Positions 9,248 through 18,902 of a stretch of 56,620 bases of DNA are shown here, in pieces; the stretch's first letter is position 1, and each line of letters begins with the position of its first letter. The position numbers and the translations under genes were made by a program. This stretch comes from a virus, in IMG/VR virus record IMGVR_UViG_3300031566_000038, one strand, 5' to 3'. The notes beneath the pieces are model-generated. The model made no database searches, had not been told where the DNA came from, and was given only the letters and a program-made list of their open reading frames with translations.

Positions 9248-10924
9248 TTAAGCTCTTTTCTTAGTCTTAAGGAACTCAAAGTACCCCAGGCCATCCATGC
9301 CAAAGACTTCAGCGACAACGTCCGAGATGTTAGCTCGCAACCGAGAAGAACCTTCCGATAAGCCAATTCGACCTATTCGGATATTTTTCAAAATGTCATT
9401 GAGATAAGCAGCGACTTTGGGTGAAGCCTTGCGGACATCCCGCATAGTTCGACTCTTGCTTAGAGCGGCCAGAGAAGAGATCTGAGCTTGGTCCCGCTTG
9501 GACAACACACCTTGAGGCCCGTTGGGCAAAGGACGCCTCTTGGCCGTCTTAGCGGCTTCTGTGGTCGTTCCTGACTCTTGACCTAACTTACCAGCGTCAG
9601 AACGGTGAAAAGCGAAAGTTAAAAGGTAGTCACCGTCGATGTCTAAAAAGATCATCTCGCCGGGTAAGCCTACGGAGGTAGTCAACTTTTGAGCTAAGAT
9701 GTCGGATCGGGTCTTCACGTCTTGCAAAGAAACATCACCAGAAGCCAAAGCCTCACTAAAACCTAATTTTTTAGCTATCGCTTGCCCAGCCTCGGGAGAA
9801 CCCATCTCGTCAATAGCCGCTACGATCGAATCGATCACAATGGTTTGAAGATCGTTGTCGTCTAAGACGTGGGTCTTAACAGCCGTCAAAACCTTTTGCT
9901 TCAACGCTTGGGTGTCATAAGGACCAACCACCTTACCACCACGTACAACACTCCTGACTGAAGCCTTGGCTGTAGCCGGGGCCTTGCCTACCGGAGGAAG
10001 ACCTAAAGTGAAGCGTAGAATCCTTTCTGCGTTAGCATCCCCAGGTATCCGGGTGTACTCTTCCAAAGCCCGTATAACCTCGTTCTCTGTAACGTCAGCT
10101 AAAATAGGGTCACGCTTTAACTTGAATGCCAACTTTTTACCAGCCATACCTCTTTTTCCTCCTATGGTCCCCTCTACAGGGGTGTCGATGTGCTCTTCAC
10201 GATCCACCGTTGGCTCGCTTTCAATTTCGTCTAACAACTCTTTTAAAAATGCTTCCTCGTCTACTTCCTCTTCCGTCTCCATCATCACTTCTTCTTCTTC
10301 GTCTTCTTCAACTTCATACACGCTAGGTTCTTCTGGACGGTCTTCAGCATCATCAACAAACTCAGTGCCGTCTACTACATCGGGATCTTCAACTTCAAAG
10401 TCTTCTTCCGCAGCTTCTTCCGCAGCCTTTTCTTCATCTAAGATGATAAGGTGTTCGTTGACCCCATCCCGGTAAGCTTGTTCTAAATCTTGTTTGTACT
10501 GCACGAGGATCTTTGAGGAGTCAGGGACCGTTTGAATTTGGTCCCCGATATTATCTTCGAAGGTCTTCACCAAATGCTGGGACAAAGAATAAGGCATAGG
10601 GATCTTGGTTTTGATCTCCTCGTTTCTTTCTTCACCCGCTGGAGCGGTCATGTCTACAGTATGCAGCTTTAGCTTGACTTCGTTTAGCCCGCCCTGGAAA
10701 GCTTTGAAAGCTAGCTTTGAGTACCACGACGCTATCTTTTCAATATAGTTTTGGGGAATGTTGTGCATCAACGCCTGGAAAGGCTCCGAGAACTCGAAGG
10801 TAGATGCGATTATCTTTTCCGTTTCGAAAGCTTGATTGACTAAATGAGCTTTCACCAAAGACGGGATAGTGTGAATCAGTGACCTGATTTCTTGTTTGCG
10901 TCGAGCTTCCATTGTGATTGTCAC
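9248..10924 (-). CDS. large protein with a central polyacidic segment (possible head/scaffold-related)
   Basis: 558 aa. A poly-E/D stretch (EEDEEEEVMMETEEEVDEEA) separates two globular parts. Tightly packed with neighbouring genes. Confidence 0.6.
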   Translation of the reverse strand: MTITMEARRKQEIRSLIHTIPSLVKAHLVNQAFETEKIIASTFEFSEPFQALMHNIPQNYIEKIASWYSKLAFKAFQGGLNEVKLKLHTVDMTAPAGEERNEEIKTKIPMPYSLSQHLVKTFEDNIGDQIQTVPDSSKILVQYKQDLEQAYRDGVNEHLIILDEEKAAEEAAEEDFEVEDPDVVDGTEFVDDAEDRPEEPSVYEVEEDEEEEVMMETEEEVDEEAFLKELLDEIESEPTVDREEHIDTPVEGTIGGKRGMAGKKLAFKLKRDPILADVTENEVIRALEEYTRIPGDANAERILRFTLGLPPVGKAPATAKASVRSVVRGGKVVGPYDTQALKQKVLTAVKTHVLDDNDLQTIVIDSIVAAIDEMGSPEAGQAIAKKLGFSEALASGDVSLQDVKTRSDILAQKLTTSVGLPGEMIFLDIDGDYLLTFAFHRSDAGKLGQESGTTTEAAKTAKRRPLPNGPQGVLSKRDQAQISSLAALSKSRTMRDVRKASPKVAAYLNDILKNIRIGRIGLSEGSSRLRANISDVVAEVFGMDGLGYFEFLKTKKRA

Positions 10925-10976
10925 CTTCCCAGGTAGATTTTATCCAAAACGTCGATTTAAAGTTAAGATAACTAAG

Positions 10977-10992
10977 GACGATTAAATAATCG
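10977..10992. promoter_or_regulatory. 16-bp perfect palindrome ACGATTAAATAATCGT (operator-like)
   Basis: Lies in the 110-bp gap between the minus-strand gene 9248-10924 and the plus-strand repeat gene. Confidence 0.35.
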
Positions 10993-11034
10993 TGATGTTT
11001 CTGTTATAGACTACTACACCCTGGGAGATTTGAT

Positions 11035-11610
11035 TTGTCTACACTGGTGGTTACGTTCAAAGCGGAAGCTGGCGGAATAACACTTTTCGAAGTACCGTTT
11101 AGTGTTCAATTACCTATCCAAATTCCGATACCGTTCCCGCCCCCGGACCCACTAGATTTTCTTTTAGGGCTACTCCTAGACGCTTTAGGGCTGCCGTTCC
11201 CTTTGGAGATTCCATCTTTGCCTTGCCCTTTTGAATTAGATCTATTATCTTTGTTACCACCGATACCGCCGATCATAATTCCCGGCTTGCCGCCTATACC
11301 GTTCCCTCCGCCTGACCCCTTAGATTTTCTAATAGGAGCGTTGTTAAATGCTTTGGGTTTGGCGTTTCCATTGGAGATTCCATCGCTGCCGTGCCCATTT
11401 GAATTGGATTTGTTATCGCTCTTACCGCCGATACCACCGATCATAATTCCCGGCTTGCCGCCTATACCGTTCCCTCCGCCTGACCCCTTAGATTTTCTAA
11501 TAGGAGCGTTGCTCGACTTCCTAGGTATCCCTGATATCGAGATACCTTCTTTGCCGTGTCCGTTCCCGGCAGGGATAACTTTGACAATAGACGTAAAGGT
11601 AATCCCTTAA
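11035..11610 (+). CDS. Pro/Leu/Ile-rich tandem-repeat protein (3 x 56 aa)
   Basis: TTG start with a GGGAGA RBS 6 nt upstream. Repeat copies 1 and 2 differ at 32 codons; 28 are synonymous in this frame (4 non-synonymous), whereas the same changes are mostly non-synonymous in the antisense ORF. Confidence 0.55.
   Translation: MSTLVVTFKAEAGGITLFEVPFSVQLPIQIPIPFPPPDPLDFLLGLLLDALGLPFPLEIPSLPCPFELDLLSLLPPIPPIIIPGLPPIPFPPPDPLDFLIGALLNALGLAFPLEIPSLPCPFELDLLSLLPPIPPIIIPGLPPIPFPPPDPLDFLIGALLDFLGIPDIEIPSLPCPFPAGITLTIDVKVIP
11131..11590. repeat. tandem 168-bp repeat, about 2.7 copies
   Basis: Units start at 11131, 11299 and 11467 and differ by point substitutions. Confidence 0.8.
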
Positions 11611-13214
11611 ACTAAATTACCTTTCATCTTTATAAATGCGGATGAAAAAGCCGTAGCCGGGTTCGCATTTATAAGGGCTGCGGTGTTAGGCGGCAACGGC
11701 GGGCCGGACGGGCCTGTGGGTGTGGCGTGAATATGAAGGTCAAACAAAAGTGCCAAAGGCTCCGCTAGTGTAGCAGAAAAAGCAGCCAAGGCTCCTAGGG
11801 CTATAGAACCACACTGTACGTCCAACTTAGGGCTGTTTAGTAAGATATTGAGGTTCGATTGAAGTTGTGCGGTGGTCTTACCGTCTAAGATCAAAGCTTG
11901 GAACGGTGACACCAGCCGAACGTCTTGACCCATAGAAACATAGGTGCCTAGGCCTGAAGTTAGGGAAGTCGTCAAAGTAGCTGCGTTCATGTAGAGATTT
12001 GAGCCGTCCCCAGCGTTCATCTTTACCGAGCCAACTTTGTCGAAGGTCAACCGAGATCCTGAAGAATGTATTACATTTATCGTTTCGGTGTCGCTGGTGT
12101 CGTCCATAATAAACGAATGCCCACCGCCGGTTGTAAGAGCAAACTTAGTCTCGCCTGCTACATCCGAAAATTGCATTGTTTGGCCGCCGCCACGAGACCG
12201 AAGCTCGAACAAACCGCCAATATTGAACCTTAAGGTCTCACCGATTTGATAGATCGCATTCTTTTGAATCTGGTAAGTTAAATCGCCACGGATCGTAGCC
12301 TTCTCGTCTAGGTCTACTACACGATTGTAACCGCCGCTGGGTATTAAGAGGTCGTAACCGAAAGCTGCACCGGTGCCGAGACTGAGGGCGTAGTTACCCG
12401 CTTCATCAATTTCAACTGTAGTAGCGGTGTCGTCGTTAGCGAAATATTCTTCTACGTGTCTTAGAGCGTTGCCGGATCGGCTGTGGGCAAGAGCGAAACC
12501 TTTTTGATTGAGGACGTGCCCGGATTGCTTGCGGAACAAGATCGCAGGCTCTTCGTTGCCGGGGTTTCTAAGTTGTTGGTAGTGTTCGGCGGTGAAAGAT
12601 CCTCGAACTTTCGGGTATCTTTTTTCCCACGAAGAAAAAGTGCCGTCTTCATTCTCCTTGGGCCGGGACACAATCCCGAATCGATCTTCGTCACCCAAGG
12701 TGTTGGAACGGTATTGCAAGCCTTGGCGGTGGTGTATAGGAGCCCTATCACCAGCTACCATCTTATCCTGGTCCGCCCACCGCCGTATCATACCGCCGTA
12801 GGTCTCGATCGAAGGGCGACGGCTCATGAATATTTGAGCATTACCGCTGGAAAGCATATCGATCTCACCCGGTAGCAAAGGCCGGTATAAGGACAAGCCG
12901 TTCTTGTAGCTAGCGATCTTGTTCCGAGCGCCTCGTTGAACGGTTGTCATAATCTGAGGCTTGGCTTCGTCCGACCTAAATTGTAAGACAAAGTTGGTCC
13001 CGCCTTCAGGCATCGCTCTGATCCAAGACTTTTGTGAGATAAAAGGGTGAGTCAAGGTCAAAGCTTGAGCGCTGTTACCGTAATGGCTGAAGAACCCAGA
13101 CTCGGTGTCGGGGGACACAGCGGTAAGAATCGCTCCAAAGGGAAACCGCAGCGATTTCCGCAGCGATTCTTCCCTTTCATCATCAATTGCTTGGTCTCTA
13201 TCGTAATTGGGCAT
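11607..13214 (-). CDS. putative baseplate/tail-spike-like structural protein
   Basis: 535 aa. The C-terminus HIHATPTGPSGPPLPP resembles the HxH tips of gpV/gp5-type spikes. Gly-rich beta-strand-like middle region. Confidence 0.5.
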   Translation of the reverse strand: MPNYDRDQAIDDEREESLRKSLRFPFGAILTAVSPDTESGFFSHYGNSAQALTLTHPFISQKSWIRAMPEGGTNFVLQFRSDEAKPQIMTTVQRGARNKIASYKNGLSLYRPLLPGEIDMLSSGNAQIFMSRRPSIETYGGMIRRWADQDKMVAGDRAPIHHRQGLQYRSNTLGDEDRFGIVSRPKENEDGTFSSWEKRYPKVRGSFTAEHYQQLRNPGNEEPAILFRKQSGHVLNQKGFALAHSRSGNALRHVEEYFANDDTATTVEIDEAGNYALSLGTGAAFGYDLLIPSGGYNRVVDLDEKATIRGDLTYQIQKNAIYQIGETLRFNIGGLFELRSRGGGQTMQFSDVAGETKFALTTGGGHSFIMDDTSDTETINVIHSSGSRLTFDKVGSVKMNAGDGSNLYMNAATLTTSLTSGLGTYVSMGQDVRLVSPFQALILDGKTTAQLQSNLNILLNSPKLDVQCGSIALGALAAFSATLAEPLALLFDLHIHATPTGPSGPPLPPNTAALINANPATAFSSAFIKMKGNLV

Positions 13215-15452
13215 TTAACCGCCTGATTGGTCGTTAGCTTCGGATGATTGTGTCTTGTCGTCTGACTGTTCTTGCAGGGTTTTCTTAATCGTCGTTGTCT
13301 TACCATCTTTGATTTCTTTGGTTATGATCGAGATGCCGTTGCCTTCTATATACCCTGAAGAAGTTCCATCGGCGGTCTTATCAAAAACGGTACTGTAAGA
13401 TATCGGCATCTTTTCACCACCCGTGATGAATCTGAAGTTCTCACCTTCCAATCGACGGACGTAAGACAAGCTCATTTCCAATGATACATCCTGACGAATT
13501 TTCCAACTATAAGTGATCGAATCGCATATCGCTATTCTTTTCTTGACTACGTGATAGACCGGGCGGTTCAACCCCACAAAAGGTCTGTAAGACACCATCA
13601 TGTCGAATTTGTTAAAGTTGGCGAGCCTTTTGTTGAATTCCAAAAGAGCGTACTGGGCCAGCCGGTGGTGGTTCGTTATGCCTGGTAGGCTGTGCGTCTC
13701 AACGTGAACGCCGATCCTAGAGGCTAAAACATTAGAAAAGGCGGTGGCCCGAAGTTCCCAACCTTGAGTCGGGGCAACCCCAGCGCTGCTGGGGTGATCA
13801 CTGGCGATCTCGTCCGGCAAAAGCCGTGACGTAACCTCCATCGCTGACACAGGCGTACCACCCTCGTCGTTGATAGCGTCGGACATCACATGCCCATGAA
13901 ACGTTTGAACCTTATTGTAGATCGTGTTGTAGTCCGCAGGCATGAAGTCATACATAGGGAACTCAAAGATCAAGTCACCCATACCTGATATATAAAATTG
14001 ATAATCAATAGATTTAACCAATTGGACGATAAGCTCCAAACGAGACGCCCACTCCACACGAGCCGTAACCCTAGCGTCAACCGTAGCGGCGGCGATAAGG
14101 TTTGATACAGGGCCTAAGTCTGGCGGTAAAAGAAAATGAACCCTAGCCACGTCAGGGGAAAATTGACCGCCGTCCTTAGTCCCTTGGCCCATAAGCGTCA
14201 TTTCGCCCAGGGTTAAGAACCTTTCCACGATCGTGCCGAGCTTACCTGATTTAGCATCCTCACCCTGTCGGACCAGTTCAACATCGGGTGTGGTGTCAGG
14301 GGGGCCACCTTTGGCGTTTGTAGTAGCCCCTTCCGGTTGTTCGGGAGCGTTATCCGCTACTTTCGGTAACGGGTAAGAGCCAAAATTGATAATGTTGTTC
14401 CATTTTTCTAGCGTAGTCTTCTTTAAAGGTTCGCTAGCTTCGGGGTCGTATCTTAAGACTACACCCAGAGATACCTTGCCAATCCCACCGACAAAGGCGT
14501 TGTTTTTCTTTATACCGAAGATTAGATATTTTATAGAATCTAAAAAGGTCTTACCGTATAAAGCGTGCCCACGGGAGGCCGGTGTCCCTGATTGAACGAA
14601 GTCCGATAAAAAACCTACGTTTTCAGAGCCCTCAACGTTGGTGCGGTTGGCCCCGAAAAATAAGGTTTTCTCATTACCGTATTGGATATTTGGGTTGGTG
14701 TTGGTTCGCATCACAGCCATCTGAGACCGGATGTCTTGGCACGTAATGTTAATCACCGAACTACCGTTGATATAGCTTTGTGAAAATGGCTTGGTATCTA
14801 CATAGCCTGTAAATTCACAAGTCCATTCGGTCTTCTTTGTGCCCGCTGGACCTGCCAAAGGATTCAGCACAAACATTCTGATAGGGTCGAACTTGTGAAA
14901 CACCAAAGAGCCTACGCTAAACAGATATCTATCGGTAGTAGCCTCGGTAGTGTTAGCTGCGTTGAAAGGATCGGCGTTAACGATCGGGGCGTTCGGCTTT
15001 TTATTTTGAAAGCTGGTGCCATATTTCGCAACTTTGTGCTGCCAATTCGTGTTGCTTTCCTTCTTATTTTTATAAATCGTAGCTTTGGCTAGCTCGGAAT
15101 AAGCTCCCCCAGCGCCGTAGGGATCGTTCATCCTAAAGTTGGACGTTGTTGTCCGGCCAGTGGCCTCGTTTTTAACCTTGTTTTCGCCTGTCTTAGGGTC
15201 CGTGTTGGCTTTGTTTTTGCCTACGTTTAGGTTCTCTTCGGTGATCTCGAAAGCTCGCATAGCATTCGATAGGCTGAATGTAAGAGAACTTATCCCTTCT
15301 CGGTCCACCTTAGTCAAGTTCACCGCTGACGTGATCCAAGGTGTGATATCCGCCCCTTGGATGTAGATCTTAAAATCATGGTAGTAGACTTGATTCCGTT
15401 CTTCTCGGAAGTTGAAGGGGGTCTTGGTCTTAGGATTAGTAATATCAACCAT
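13215..15452 (-). CDS. large putative virion structural protein
   Basis: 745-aa ORF abutting the previous gene. Confidence 0.55.
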   Translation of the reverse strand: MVDITNPKTKTPFNFREERNQVYYHDFKIYIQGADITPWITSAVNLTKVDREGISSLTFSLSNAMRAFEITEENLNVGKNKANTDPKTGENKVKNEATGRTTTSNFRMNDPYGAGGAYSELAKATIYKNKKESNTNWQHKVAKYGTSFQNKKPNAPIVNADPFNAANTTEATTDRYLFSVGSLVFHKFDPIRMFVLNPLAGPAGTKKTEWTCEFTGYVDTKPFSQSYINGSSVINITCQDIRSQMAVMRTNTNPNIQYGNEKTLFFGANRTNVEGSENVGFLSDFVQSGTPASRGHALYGKTFLDSIKYLIFGIKKNNAFVGGIGKVSLGVVLRYDPEASEPLKKTTLEKWNNIINFGSYPLPKVADNAPEQPEGATTNAKGGPPDTTPDVELVRQGEDAKSGKLGTIVERFLTLGEMTLMGQGTKDGGQFSPDVARVHFLLPPDLGPVSNLIAAATVDARVTARVEWASRLELIVQLVKSIDYQFYISGMGDLIFEFPMYDFMPADYNTIYNKVQTFHGHVMSDAINDEGGTPVSAMEVTSRLLPDEIASDHPSSAGVAPTQGWELRATAFSNVLASRIGVHVETHSLPGITNHHRLAQYALLEFNKRLANFNKFDMMVSYRPFVGLNRPVYHVVKKRIAICDSITYSWKIRQDVSLEMSLSYVRRLEGENFRFITGGEKMPISYSTVFDKTADGTSSGYIEGNGISIITKEIKDGKTTTIKKTLQEQSDDKTQSSEANDQSGG

Positions 15453-15622
15453 ATCTAGCTCTTCATCTTAAAGGGTTCATTCTAAAGATAAGGGCTGTCT
15501 TACTGGGCCATGCGGTGTTAAAACTAAGATGCTCATCAGTTGGTTAGAGCAGCGTTACATGCCGAGGGCCGGAAGTTCGAATATGTTCCACGCCCGGACA
15601 GCCCATTGATCCCGTCTCACTT

Positions 15623-15958
15623 TCACTCCGCCCTCCTCTTAAAGCACTGGCTTCCGCTACGATCCATCTGAGGTGAGGACCAGTAAGCCCGGACGCACTT
15701 GAATCTTTCTACCCGCACCAAATCTTCCAAACTAAATTCTCGGTAGGGGTTGTCACGATCTTTAAAGCTTACCCAGATATTAGGACCGTCACTCAGAATA
15801 TCTACTACAGGAATTTCCATAACCAACAGCCCTTCGTGTTCAAGCTGTTTTAGGTATTCGAGAACGGTAGCTTTTAAAGCCTGTAGAACCGTGGGGGATA
15901 CCAGTTCGTACCTGAACCGATCAAAGATTTCATCAAGCTCTTCTTGACAGCCTATCAT
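15623..15958 (-). CDS. hypothetical protein
   Basis: 111-aa ORF overlapping the upstream stop by 4 nt. Confidence 0.45.
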   Translation of the reverse strand: MIGCQEELDEIFDRFRYELVSPTVLQALKATVLEYLKQLEHEGLLVMEIPVVDILSDGPNIWVSFKDRDNPYREFSLEDLVRVERFKCVRAYWSSPQMDRSGSQCFKRRAE

Positions 15959-16746
15959 TTTTTCATCTCTTCAAACTTTTTAAACAAATCGTTGTCTTCT
16001 TGATTTTGTTTGTCCGTTTTGGCCCAATTTATCCCTAACGATTTCCAAGTGTCTTGGTTCTTAAGATCTTTTTCTTCGGGGTATACAGGCTTCACCGCAC
16101 AATATTGGTGACCCTTCTTATCCACCCCGCCCCCGACGATCCTTAGATGATCTCCCGGTTTTGCGCCAGGCGGCACCCAAACCATTTTGATACCCCACAA
16201 AGTCTCAACCGAGATGTAGTCACCTTTCAGCATGATCTCAAGTTTGATATTCTCGTCTACAAAAACATCTAAACCCTTCACCGTGTACCTGGGGTGCTTT
16301 TCAGCGGTCACGGTAACCAAAGCATCCCCGGTTTGATTCAGGCATTTCTTCCCTTTGCGCTTTTCAACATGCCGGAACCCTGAGATAGAGCCCGGTGGAA
16401 GATCAAAAGCAAAGGTGACCGGCTCGAAGTCTTCCGACTTGATAGGTTCTAAGTTCGCACCCAAGGAAATTTGGTTGTAAGACACCACTAACCGAGTGCC
16501 GTAAAAGGCATCATTGAAGGTGGTAATCATCTGGATGTTGAAAGTTAAGTCCCGTACCGGACGGATGCTTTGCTTCCGAGCGTATGACGGGTCGGTGATC
16601 ATCCGATAAGCGTGGGTGACCTCCACAAACTTATCGGAATCACCACCTTGGTCTGGGTGGTGTTCCAAGCACAATTTACGCCAAGCCTTCCGAAGAGTGT
16701 CCGGCGAATCGTCAGGTTTACAACCCAGTACCTCAAAATAATCCAT
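15955..16746 (-). CDS. DnaJ-like co-chaperone (J domain + DnaJ C-terminal domains, no Zn-finger/G-F region)
   Basis: N-terminal J domain with the HPD motif (KLCLEHHPDQGGD). The C-terminal part (GDALVTVTAEKHPRYTVKGLDVFVDENIKL...LWG.IKMVWVPPGAKPGDHLRIVGGG) matches the DnaJ CTD I/II pattern. Confidence 0.7.
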   Translation of the reverse strand: MDYFEVLGCKPDDSPDTLRKAWRKLCLEHHPDQGGDSDKFVEVTHAYRMITDPSYARKQSIRPVRDLTFNIQMITTFNDAFYGTRLVVSYNQISLGANLEPIKSEDFEPVTFAFDLPPGSISGFRHVEKRKGKKCLNQTGDALVTVTAEKHPRYTVKGLDVFVDENIKLEIMLKGDYISVETLWGIKMVWVPPGAKPGDHLRIVGGGVDKKGHQYCAVKPVYPEEKDLKNQDTWKSLGINWAKTDKQNQEDNDLFKKFEEMKK

Positions 16747-17361
16747 TTAGTGTCCTGATTCGACCGGGATATCTAATTTCTCTAGGGTCTTTTGCATCGA
16801 CCGCTTTAAAATACCCTGCACCTTGTCTTGTGTAGTATTGTTAGGATTCGCTATCGTAGCTTTCAATTCGTGATCTTCGTTAGCTTCGGCGGCGGCCTTC
16901 TTTTCTGCCTGCCTTTTTGCTTCGACCTTCTCGATCCGTTTTTGGAAGACAAAACCCATGCCGCTAATCAAGTCTTCGGGCTTCACTACAAGGTCCACAA
17001 CCCCAGAAAAATAAGGTGGTACCGACGCCAAAGTATTAGAAACGGCTAACATAGGCTTGCCAAACACAGCCGCTACGGCCATGAAGTGAACGTTGGGTGA
17101 GCTATCTAAATCTAAAACCAGGATATCTGATTCTGATATGCCCCAAAAATCTTGCCGCATAGAAGTTTCCCAAGGGTGGGGGACGACCGGGGGCTCTGTT
17201 TCAAAATGCACTAATATTTCCCGGCCCTTCTCGTTGTTATAATCGTATTGATTATGTAACAGAATTACGTTTTCTGTTCGTTCCACTACATCTAATATAG
17301 GTGAGTGCTTACCCGATTGATCCCGCTCAGATGCTACAAACACCACCAATTTCTTTTCCAT
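16747..17361 (-). CDS. hypothetical protein (possible nucleoside 2-deoxyribosyltransferase-like fold)
   Basis: 204 aa. ISESDILVLDLDS...AVAAVFGKPMLAV loosely resembles the NDT/Rcl motif. Low confidence. Confidence 0.5.
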   Translation of the reverse strand: MEKKLVVFVASERDQSGKHSPILDVVERTENVILLHNQYDYNNEKGREILVHFETEPPVVPHPWETSMRQDFWGISESDILVLDLDSSPNVHFMAVAAVFGKPMLAVSNTLASVPPYFSGVVDLVVKPEDLISGMGFVFQKRIEKVEAKRQAEKKAAAEANEDHELKATIANPNNTTQDKVQGILKRSMQKTLEKLDIPVESGH

Positions 17362-17369
17362 AATATCTC

Positions 17370-17801
17370 CTATGATTGTCTTACATCACCAGCAACAACC
17401 CCGTGGTCCACCAAATAAGACTTCCGAGGCTTCGATGGCCGATTATAAATTAATTCCATTTCTTTGCTTATGATTTCATCCATTTCATTGTGCAACCCTA
17501 ACATCCCACAGAGCCGTTTGACGACATGGATTTTTTCGATACGAGACGAAAACAAGTCCATAAATTCGTAAAGGTCTTGGGGATTTTCCCTCGAACCGGA
17601 TTTCAATAGAGCATTGGTGTAGCTTTCCTTGGCTTGGTGCAAACCTTTGTCGTAGTCCAAGATTTCTAAAAAGATTTGGTGGAAAGCTTTCTCGTACTCT
17701 GCCATCGAACAACGTTTTAAGATTTCCTCGTTTACCTCTTTGAACGGGGTGTCGTCTTCGGGCAGAATCTCTTCTTCGTCGTCTACTACATTCTCTTTCA
17801 T
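17370..17801 (-). CDS. hypothetical protein
   Basis: 143-aa ORF with an acidic N-terminus. Confidence 0.5.
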   Translation of the reverse strand: MKENVVDDEEEILPEDDTPFKEVNEEILKRCSMAEYEKAFHQIFLEILDYDKGLHQAKESYTNALLKSGSRENPQDLYEFMDLFSSRIEKIHVVKRLCGMLGLHNEMDEIISKEMELIYNRPSKPRKSYLVDHGVVAGDVRQS

Positions 17802-18499
17802 TGGGCGTACCTTTCTCGGGAGAACAGAAGCTTTTCGGACGAAGCTAAGATTTTCGACAAGGTAAATTCAGTGGAATCGAACTTTTTGTCGATGTATTCC
17901 GCCACGGTCAAACACTTCTTTAGATTTTTCTTCACCGGAATTTGCTCCGGCAAGATCCGGTTCATCGCTGCGTTGCGGATCGCTTCGTTTTTGAGTGTAG
18001 TCATTTTGCTGTACTTGGAATAAAGCCAAAGCTCAGCGTGTTGTAGTAGCTCTTCGAGTTCGTACTTGGTATCGATCAGCGAGGTATAGATCGTAGAGAC
18101 CCTAGAGCGATTGACCACTATTTTTCTAAGGTAGCGGTTGATTTCTTCCAGGTCTTGCTGGGTGCCGAAGCGGTGTTGTGAGAAATCATCCTCTACTACA
18201 TAGTTCCTAAGCTCTTCTAGGATAGAGTCGTCCACGTTAAACTTCGGTGCGGTAAGCTGCTTTCGCACCCCTAGCACGTATTTATCGCACAAGATCTCTT
18301 GAAACCCGTCCATAAGTGGTTCGGTGTACTCGACACAAGCCAAGGTGAGGGCTTCGACTTCTCGGGTGACCGAACAGTTCCCGCTATCCCCAAAGCCTGC
18401 TTTGTACCACTGACAAGACCCGCAATAAGTTTCGTCAGCTTCGGCTTCCGGGTGTTCGCCGGGATACTTCCCATTAGGCACGGGGCATCTCCTTGTCAT
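17798..18499 (-). CDS. Cys-rich (zinc-finger) protein
   Basis: 233 aa with an N-terminal CPVP...CGSC...C...C cluster. Confidence 0.5.
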   Translation of the reverse strand: MTRRCPVPNGKYPGEHPEAEADETYCGSCQWYKAGFGDSGNCSVTREVEALTLACVEYTEPLMDGFQEILCDKYVLGVRKQLTAPKFNVDDSILEELRNYVVEDDFSQHRFGTQQDLEEINRYLRKIVVNRSRVSTIYTSLIDTKYELEELLQHAELWLYSKYSKMTTLKNEAIRNAAMNRILPEQIPVKKNLKKCLTVAEYIDKKFDSTEFTLSKILASSEKLLFSRERYAQ

Positions 18500-18890
18500 C
18501 GATAATCTTATCCGTGGCCGTAGACCGCCACCGGCCCACTAGCATGTAGTCCTTAACCTTGTTCGGGTGCTCATAAGCTATCAAGCGCACGACTTGATCT
18601 TCGAAAATCACCTCGAAGGAAAGGTTTTCGGTGTTGACCTCCCCTTTTTTGTTGTAAACAACACCAAAAGAATTGAACAAACAAAACTTCGGGTAGATTT
18701 CGTCGTACCTATACCGCAAAAGATAGCCGATCATTTTGTCCTGGGGGCTGTAGATCAATTTGAACTCAGCCCGAGAGACTTTGTAGACCCTTCTTTGCTT
18801 CGCACCTTCTAAGGATTCACCCTTGAGCACAAATAATTCGCCCATACCGTCGGTGATCTTGTCTTCTAAATACCACTTGGCCATCTTCAC
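18474..18890 (-). CDS. hypothetical protein
   Basis: 138-aa ORF. Confidence 0.45.
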   Translation of the reverse strand: MKMAKWYLEDKITDGMGELFVLKGESLEGAKQRRVYKVSRAEFKLIYSPQDKMIGYLLRYRYDEIYPKFCLFNSFGVVYNKKGEVNTENLSFEVIFEDQVVRLIAYEHPNKVKDYMLVGRWRSTATDKIIDDKEMPRA

Positions 18891-18902
18891 GGGATTTCTC
18901 CT

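Noticed and set aside
11106-11444. Minus-strand Gly/Ser/Lys-rich ORF across the tandem repeats, on the same strand as all neighbouring genes
   Set aside because: Between repeat units the nucleotide changes are mostly non-synonymous in this frame, but 28 of 32 changed codons are synonymous in the plus-strand frame. The plus-strand ORF is therefore preferred, and this one is kept only as an alternative.
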